Shown: piece by piece, positions 34,935-39,601 of the stretch
Numbering within the stretch: position 1 is the first letter of the stretch
Layout: every line of letters begins with the position of its first letter
Assembly (NCBI GenBank): GCA_039715015.1
Contig: JBDLIE010000023.1
Coordinates: 1 to 39,601, forward strand
DNA from: Thermodesulfobacteriota bacterium
Lineage (GTDB): Bacteria > Desulfobacterota > Desulfobulbia > Desulfobulbales > SURF-16
DNA length: 39,601 bases
Direction of reading: 5' to 3'
Notes under the pieces: generated by a model
The model's input: the letters and a program-made list of their open reading frames with translations, nothing else
The model's database searches: none
What the model was told of the DNA's origin: nothing
Translations under genes and position numbers: made by a program

Positions 34935-35948
34935 CTAAATGACCTGCACAGTGAAACGAGGTTGGCCGGGATCAAAAACAACCTCAACATTACTCAAAAG
35001 ACCACGCCTCTTAAAACGCTCTATATTCCCCTTATTCATGCCGGTAAAGAGTGAACGGTCCCGCTCGGCAAGTTGCAGAGTGATCATCCCTTGGCCACCG
35101 CCCTTGTGGGCTTTCACGAGTGTTCTGCGCACCATTTTATAATATTGGCGCCCTAAGACAAGCTCGCCAAAGGCTGGGTGATAGGGGCCTGCCACCATAT
35201 CCTTCTCCAGGCTCTCGCAGCTCTGCAGCCCCAGGCGGGCAACCACGATGCCTGCCCTGTCAAAGATATCTTTCATGCGGCCACAGACCGCCGTACACAG
35301 TGCAAGAGACCAAGGCTGGTAGAGCCCTTGGCGAAAAGAGGCGGCCAGGGGACTATCCTTCATGACTAAGGTGGGATAGATGCGGACCAAATCAGGTTGC
35401 AGGGCTGCCAATTTTCTGGCGCTGTCCATGCAGCTCTGGCGGCTGTCAGCGGGCAGCCCCACCATGAGCTGGCCACCAACCAGCATCTTCCTGTCCCTTA
35501 AAATAACAAAGGCCTTTTCCACCTCTCTTGAGGCATGCCCCCGGCCACTTTGCTGCAAGACCTGATCATCCAGAGACTGGATGCCAAGCTCGACAAGGGT
35601 GACACCGCATGCCTTCAACAGATCAACAATTTCTGGGCTGACAAAATCAGGCCTGGTTGAAATGCGGATCTCATTAACCTGGCCGCTGGCAAGAAAGGGG
35701 GCCACCCCCCCCAGCAACTCCTCCTGGCGCGGCATGGAAAGGCCGGTGAAACTCCCCCCGTAGAAGGCGACCTGCACCGGCCTGTCAGCCTGCCTGGGCC
35801 AGGCCAGCTTTTCTTTGATTTCTGCCGCTACCTGGTCAGAGGTGATCTCTTCGCCGCCGACCCCGGAGATCGAGTGCTGATTACAAAACACACATTGATG
35901 GGGGCAACCCTGATGGGCAATGAAAAAAGGAATAACAAAGGGGGTCAA
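34935..35948 (-). CDS. Radical SAM protein, Elp3/YhcC-like without acetyltransferase domain
   Basis: IPFFI.H.GCPHQCVFCNQ (CxxxCxxC), AFYGGSFT, IR.STRPD, ELGIQS, QLMVGLP, RIYPT, AGPYHPAFGELV; TTG start overlapping the upstream TGA. Confidence 0.9.
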   Translation of the reverse strand: MTPFVIPFFIAHQGCPHQCVFCNQHSISGVGGEEITSDQVAAEIKEKLAWPRQADRPVQVAFYGGSFTGLSMPRQEELLGGVAPFLASGQVNEIRISTRPDFVSPEIVDLLKACGVTLVELGIQSLDDQVLQQSGRGHASREVEKAFVILRDRKMLVGGQLMVGLPADSRQSCMDSARKLAALQPDLVRIYPTLVMKDSPLAASFRQGLYQPWSLALCTAVCGRMKDIFDRAGIVVARLGLQSCESLEKDMVAGPYHPAFGELVLGRQYYKMVRRTLVKAHKGGGQGMITLQLAERDRSLFTGMNKGNIERFKRRGLLSNVEVVFDPGQPRFTVQVI

Positions 35949-36688
35949 ATGGTCTCAACCCCGGCAAATTCAGGCTCATGGAGGGGGATGATAATATCTG
36001 CCATATCCCGCATCTTGACCATGAGATCATAGGCAACGTAAGCATCAACATGGGTACCAGGGGGGATCACCTCCATCTCCATGGCGCGCACCTCCCGGGG
36101 AGGCTCGAAATTCTCCTTGATCACACAGAACCCGGTGATAATGGCTTTACCCTTGTCTGTCTCCACCATCACACTCATCCCGCCTTTGGTATGGGCCGGT
36201 GTATGAAGCATGGTAATGCCGGGCACCACTTCAGTGTCTCCGCTTACCGCTTTCACCTGGCCAGCCTCTTCCACCTCGTAGATATAATCCTCCACATAAC
36301 GAAAATCGAGTGGATGGCAGGCATGGATGGCCTCAAGCTCCTTTTCATGTACGTAAAAGAGGGCATTGGGACATTTATAATCATTTTCACAATGGTCGGC
36401 ATGGAGATGGGTATGGATGACGATGTCGATCTCCTCACCGCTTAGCCCCCATTTGGCCAACCCCTCTTCAAAGGTGTAGATAGGGCCGCCGATACTCTGC
36501 TGGCGGTCTTCAGACTGAATTGGCCGCATCTCACCGGTATCAACAAGAATTTTCTTATCACCACCTTCGAGATACCAGCAGAAAATGGGGATGGCGTACG
36601 GGGTTCCATAACCGTGCTGGTAGGTCATCATTCCCTTATCAAAGACCTTACTACCCATGACGATGGGATGAATTTTATAGGTTGTCAT
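35945..36688 (-). CDS. Metallo-beta-lactamase fold hydrolase, AHL-lactonase-like family
   Basis: LVDTG, THLHADH (HxHxDH), TPAHT.G, IIPLHE; ATGA overlap with rnc. Confidence 0.85.
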   Translation of the reverse strand: MTTYKIHPIVMGSKVFDKGMMTYQHGYGTPYAIPIFCWYLEGGDKKILVDTGEMRPIQSEDRQQSIGGPIYTFEEGLAKWGLSGEEIDIVIHTHLHADHCENDYKCPNALFYVHEKELEAIHACHPLDFRYVEDYIYEVEEAGQVKAVSGDTEVVPGITMLHTPAHTKGGMSVMVETDKGKAIITGFCVIKENFEPPREVRAMEMEVIPPGTHVDAYVAYDLMVKMRDMADIIIPLHEPEFAGVETI

Positions 36689-37446
36689 TTTTCGCCTCCC
36701 TCTTTCGAGGTTGTCCTGAAATTATAGGAATCAAAATTTTTGACGACCTTGGCGGCGGCCTGCTGTTCTGCTTTTTTCTTATTCTTGGCCTCTCCCCTGG
36801 CCAAAATTTGGCCTTGGAAACGGACCGAGACACTAAATGTCTTGTCATGGTCCGGTCCTGAGGTTTCTTCGAGATGATAGGATGGGCCTTCGCTAAAAAT
36901 TTCCTGAAGCATGGCCTGCAACCTGCTCTTGGCATCGGCAACATCAAGATCTTTGCGCCGTTCATCAAACCAGGGAACGACCAGCCTGGCCACCACCTTT
37001 TCCACGGCCTGGTAGCCGCCATCTAGAAAAATGGCACCCACAACCGCCTCAAAAGCACAGGAAAGAATAGAATTTTTTTGGCGGCCCTGGGAATGGTCCT
37101 CCCCTCTCCCTAAGAGCAGGTAAGGCCCTATATCAATTTCACGGGCCATCCGGGCCAGATGACTCTCCTTAACAAGTGCGGCCCTAAGCTGAGTAAGCTC
37201 GCCCTCCTGCATCTCGGGATAACGCTGATAAAGGGCATGGCCCACAGTGAGATCCAAAACCGCGTCACCCAAGAATTCCAGCGTCTCATTATCGCGACGC
37301 AGGTCATTGCCCTGCTCAAAGGCATAGGAACTATGGATAAATGCCTCCTGCAACAGAGAGATATCGGTAAAGCTGTAATTTAGTTTTTCCTCAAACGAGG
37401 TGAGCCCTTCCCGGTTTTTGATGACCAGGGCATCAAGCATTGTCAT
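36685..37446 (-). CDS. rnc: Ribonuclease III
   Basis: HSSY, NETLEFLGDAVL signature, FEAVVGAIFLDGG, dsRBD (DAKSRLQ...GPDHDKTF...KKKAEQQAA). Confidence 0.97.
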   Translation of the reverse strand: MTMLDALVIKNREGLTSFEEKLNYSFTDISLLQEAFIHSSYAFEQGNDLRRDNETLEFLGDAVLDLTVGHALYQRYPEMQEGELTQLRAALVKESHLARMAREIDIGPYLLLGRGEDHSQGRQKNSILSCAFEAVVGAIFLDGGYQAVEKVVARLVVPWFDERRKDLDVADAKSRLQAMLQEIFSEGPSYHLEETSGPDHDKTFSVSVRFQGQILARGEAKNKKKAEQQAAAKVVKNFDSYNFRTTSKEGGEK

Positions 37447-37582
37447 ACGCTTCTCTTTAGTAAGATTGGCATCTTAGAAAGCATTTCCTTAAACACAACT
37501 CCTACCAGTAAAAACCAGCCAAGCAAAGGGATATTTGGCGAAAAGAAACAGCCAGGAATGAAAAGGCACGAGGGAAAGAAGT

Positions 37583-38551
37583 TTAGGAGGGGGTGTTGCT
37601 TAAGAATTTAACAAAAGAAATGAACTTTTCCTGCTCAAAATGCCCCACCATCTTCTCTTTCATCAGCAGCATGGCCTGAAAGGGGTCTCTGGCATCGCCA
37701 TAGGGACGGTTGGTAGTTAGGGCATCATAGACATCGGCAATAATGGCGACCTTGGCGTTATCAGAAATATCGCCGCCCTCAAGTTTGTCCGGATAGCCGG
37801 TACCGTCATACTTTTCATGGTGGTGGAGGATAATATCAAGGGCAGCATCAGAAACCTCATCCTTCATGAGTTCATGACCTTTGCGGGGATGGGACTTGAT
37901 AATCTCAAACTCCTCATTGGTAAGCTTGCCGGGTTTGTTCAAGATCCCGTCATCGACACTGGTCTTGCCCACATCATGAAGAATAGAACCCAGAGCAAAT
38001 TCACGGAGATCATCCGGCGATCCCAAGCCGATGAACTGCCAAAGCCCAATGCCGAACACCGCCACATTGACGCAATGGGTAAAGGTATAATAATTATGTG
38101 ACGACAGGGAGAGCAGGGTGGGGATAGAGGAAGGATCACTCAAGGTAAATTTAATAATATTATCACTTACTGCCCGGCTACGAGCGATATTTTCTCCACT
38201 TCGCGGATCATTATAGACATCCTGCATCACATTGGCTGCACAGGTATATATAATCTCCGACTTCTTCTTAGTGGGAAGACGGGGATTTTCAATAATGGAG
38301 CCCAGGGATTCCTCCATGTGATCGTAGAAATCCTGCAGGGCCTGCTTTCTGACAAAAAGCTTATCAAGGACCCTTTCAGCCAGGGTATTCCCGACATCCT
38401 GGACCGTTGTTCCACGCCGGCAGAGGACCTCAGGGTCCAGAATACCCTTATCCAGATTGATGGAATAAAGATCAAAGGTCAGGGTAGACACGCCAGCCAG
38501 GACTTCATCCCGGCTGATCGGTACAAATTTTTCCGTATTAGATGTTTGCAA
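37583..38551 (-). CDS. HD-GYP cyclic dinucleotide phosphodiesterase
   Basis: YTFTHCVNV, LHDVGK, ILNKPGKLT..EF, HHEKYDGTGYP, IADVYDALTTNRPY; TTG start behind AAGGGGG. Confidence 0.92.
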   Translation of the reverse strand: MQTSNTEKFVPISRDEVLAGVSTLTFDLYSINLDKGILDPEVLCRRGTTVQDVGNTLAERVLDKLFVRKQALQDFYDHMEESLGSIIENPRLPTKKKSEIIYTCAANVMQDVYNDPRSGENIARSRAVSDNIIKFTLSDPSSIPTLLSLSSHNYYTFTHCVNVAVFGIGLWQFIGLGSPDDLREFALGSILHDVGKTSVDDGILNKPGKLTNEEFEIIKSHPRKGHELMKDEVSDAALDIILHHHEKYDGTGYPDKLEGGDISDNAKVAIIADVYDALTTNRPYGDARDPFQAMLLMKEKMVGHFEQEKFISFVKFLSNTPS

Positions 38552-38861
38552 CCAGCCCCCTTATTTCCATGATTCTCTCAGACAAACTCTTATATTTTAA
38601 CACTTTTTAAACAGTGACAGAATTTAAAAAATCATCTCTATTAAAAAAAATTGCCTTATCTTATGGCCACTTAAAAGAAGGAAGCGTTCTTCGTTTATTA
38701 CTTCTCTCCAAACCACAAAAGATCCTTTTCCAAACCAAATTTGCGAGTATGGTTGTAAGCCGAAATGGCATTTTTTTAAGGCGTGGTAGTCTCTGTGGGG
38801 GAGGGAGCACGCATAGTCAAAAACATGACACAAATTTCTAAAAAAGCTTAAACCCGCCCCC

Positions 38862-39239
38862 ATGAACTCCAGAGCAATCCTCCCCCTGCTGCTTCCCACA
38901 ATTTCCTTTATAATTCTCTTGCCAACCTTGACCATGGCCGCCAGTTGCCTCAAGGGGGGCTGCCACCAAGACTTAACAAAACTAAAACATCTGCATGGCC
39001 CCATTGGCGCAGAGATGGCCGGAGTCCAAGGCTGCACCATCTGTCATGCACCTGCAGGCCAAGCATGCAGCCCCTCAGCATCAGGGCAGTTCAAATTAAA
39101 GAGCAAAGAGATGATGTGCCAGACATGCCACGACAAAAATTTAGGCAACCAGCACACAAATGACGCCACCCCGTGCCTCAAATGCCATAGCCCCCACGGA
39201 TCAAGCATAAGTCCTTATATGCTCAGGGGAAAATCATAA
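38862..39239 (+). CDS. Small periplasmic multiheme (probably tetraheme) cytochrome c
   Basis: Signal peptide; CLKGGCH (CX4CH), CTICH, CQTCH, CLKCHSPH; four extra His residues available as distal ligands. Confidence 0.88.
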   Translation: MNSRAILPLLLPTISFIILLPTLTMAASCLKGGCHQDLTKLKHLHGPIGAEMAGVQGCTICHAPAGQACSPSASGQFKLKSKEMMCQTCHDKNLGNQHTNDATPCLKCHSPHGSSISPYMLRGKS

Positions 39240-39395
39240 TTCTCTTTTCTTTCTTGTCAGCAAATCTAGGCGTTTCGCGTAGGTCAATTTTAAACTTAGT
39301 GCTGATTGTCTTCCTCCCCTTGCCTGTATATTATGGTCTTAATAATTTAAGCCAGGCCTTATGCTATGCCTTATTTTTTTTGGGAGGAGGATGTT

Positions 39396-39601
39396 ATGAA
39401 TCAAGACCATAATCAACATCTAGCAAACCTGGACGAAAACATCGAATCTGATGAACGCATCCAGGAATTACGGGCCAAAATGGCCTTTTTGCTCACCCCT
39501 GGCGTCGACTACAACACCCTCACCGACCTCTGTGCAGACACCCCCTTCATGGCGAACGAAAACGGCTCCGACGCGGCCATGAAATCCTTTAAGACCGCCT
39601 G
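39396..39601 (+). CDS. Hypothetical small acidic protein running to the window end
   Basis: Strong SD GGGAGGAGG, ATG 39396, 68 open codons (MNQDHNQHLANLDENIESDERIQELRAKMAFLLTPGVDYNTLTDLC...) then 'tg' at the edge; possible TTGCCT-N17-TAATTT promoter at 39320-39348. Confidence 0.6.
   Translation, partial: MNQDHNQHLANLDENIESDERIQELRAKMAFLLTPGVDYNTLTDLCADTPFMANENGSDAAMKSFKTA

Noticed and set aside
38624..39040. 138-aa minus-strand ORF
   Set aside because: Overlaps the cytochrome c gene antisense and an AT-rich promoter region; no motifs
1..39601. CRISPR arrays, tRNA/rRNA, IS elements, sigma54 promoters, Sec/Pyl read-through
   Set aside because: By eye I found no regular repeat-spacer arrays, RNA gene signatures, transposases, clean TGGCAC-N5-TTGC sites or in-frame recoded stops; a tool scan would be more sensitive

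Overview
A gene-dense chromosomal segment with no rRNA, tRNA, CRISPR array or mobile element that I can see. Gene content (DVU0772-family gene with a PerR-like box, Zn-ribbon PilZ, c-type cytochromes, Myxococcus-type mglBA) suggests a sulfate-reducing Desulfobacterota, probably Desulfobulbales (inference). Housekeeping genes include hflKC, a rhomboid protease, efp-epmA, moaE-like, pepN, an MltD-like transglycosylase, fadD/fadL-like genes, yhbY, cmoAB, rnc, an HD-GYP protein and a small multiheme cytochrome. The most notable part is a ~11 kb signalling block (14.0-25.7 kb). Its core is a minus-strand operon: mglB, mglA, an unknown 538-aa protein (duplicated helical domain plus CheW-like C-terminus), a TPR-fused PilB/GspE ATPase, a REC-DUF4388(PATAN)-roadblock protein and a roadblock-plus-helical protein. 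It converges on a PAS kinase, an output-less heme-c/HAMP sensor and a TPR gene. This looks like a little-described small-GTPase switch wired to a pilus/secretion motor ATPase. Other oddities: a candidate 3'-UTR anti-Shine-Dalgarno sRNA, an 11-bp-period operator at the mglB promoter, a degenerate family-4 UDG, and a non-canonical MBL hydrolase coupled to rnc and an Elp3-like radical SAM gene. Family calls come from motif recognition only; no searches were run.
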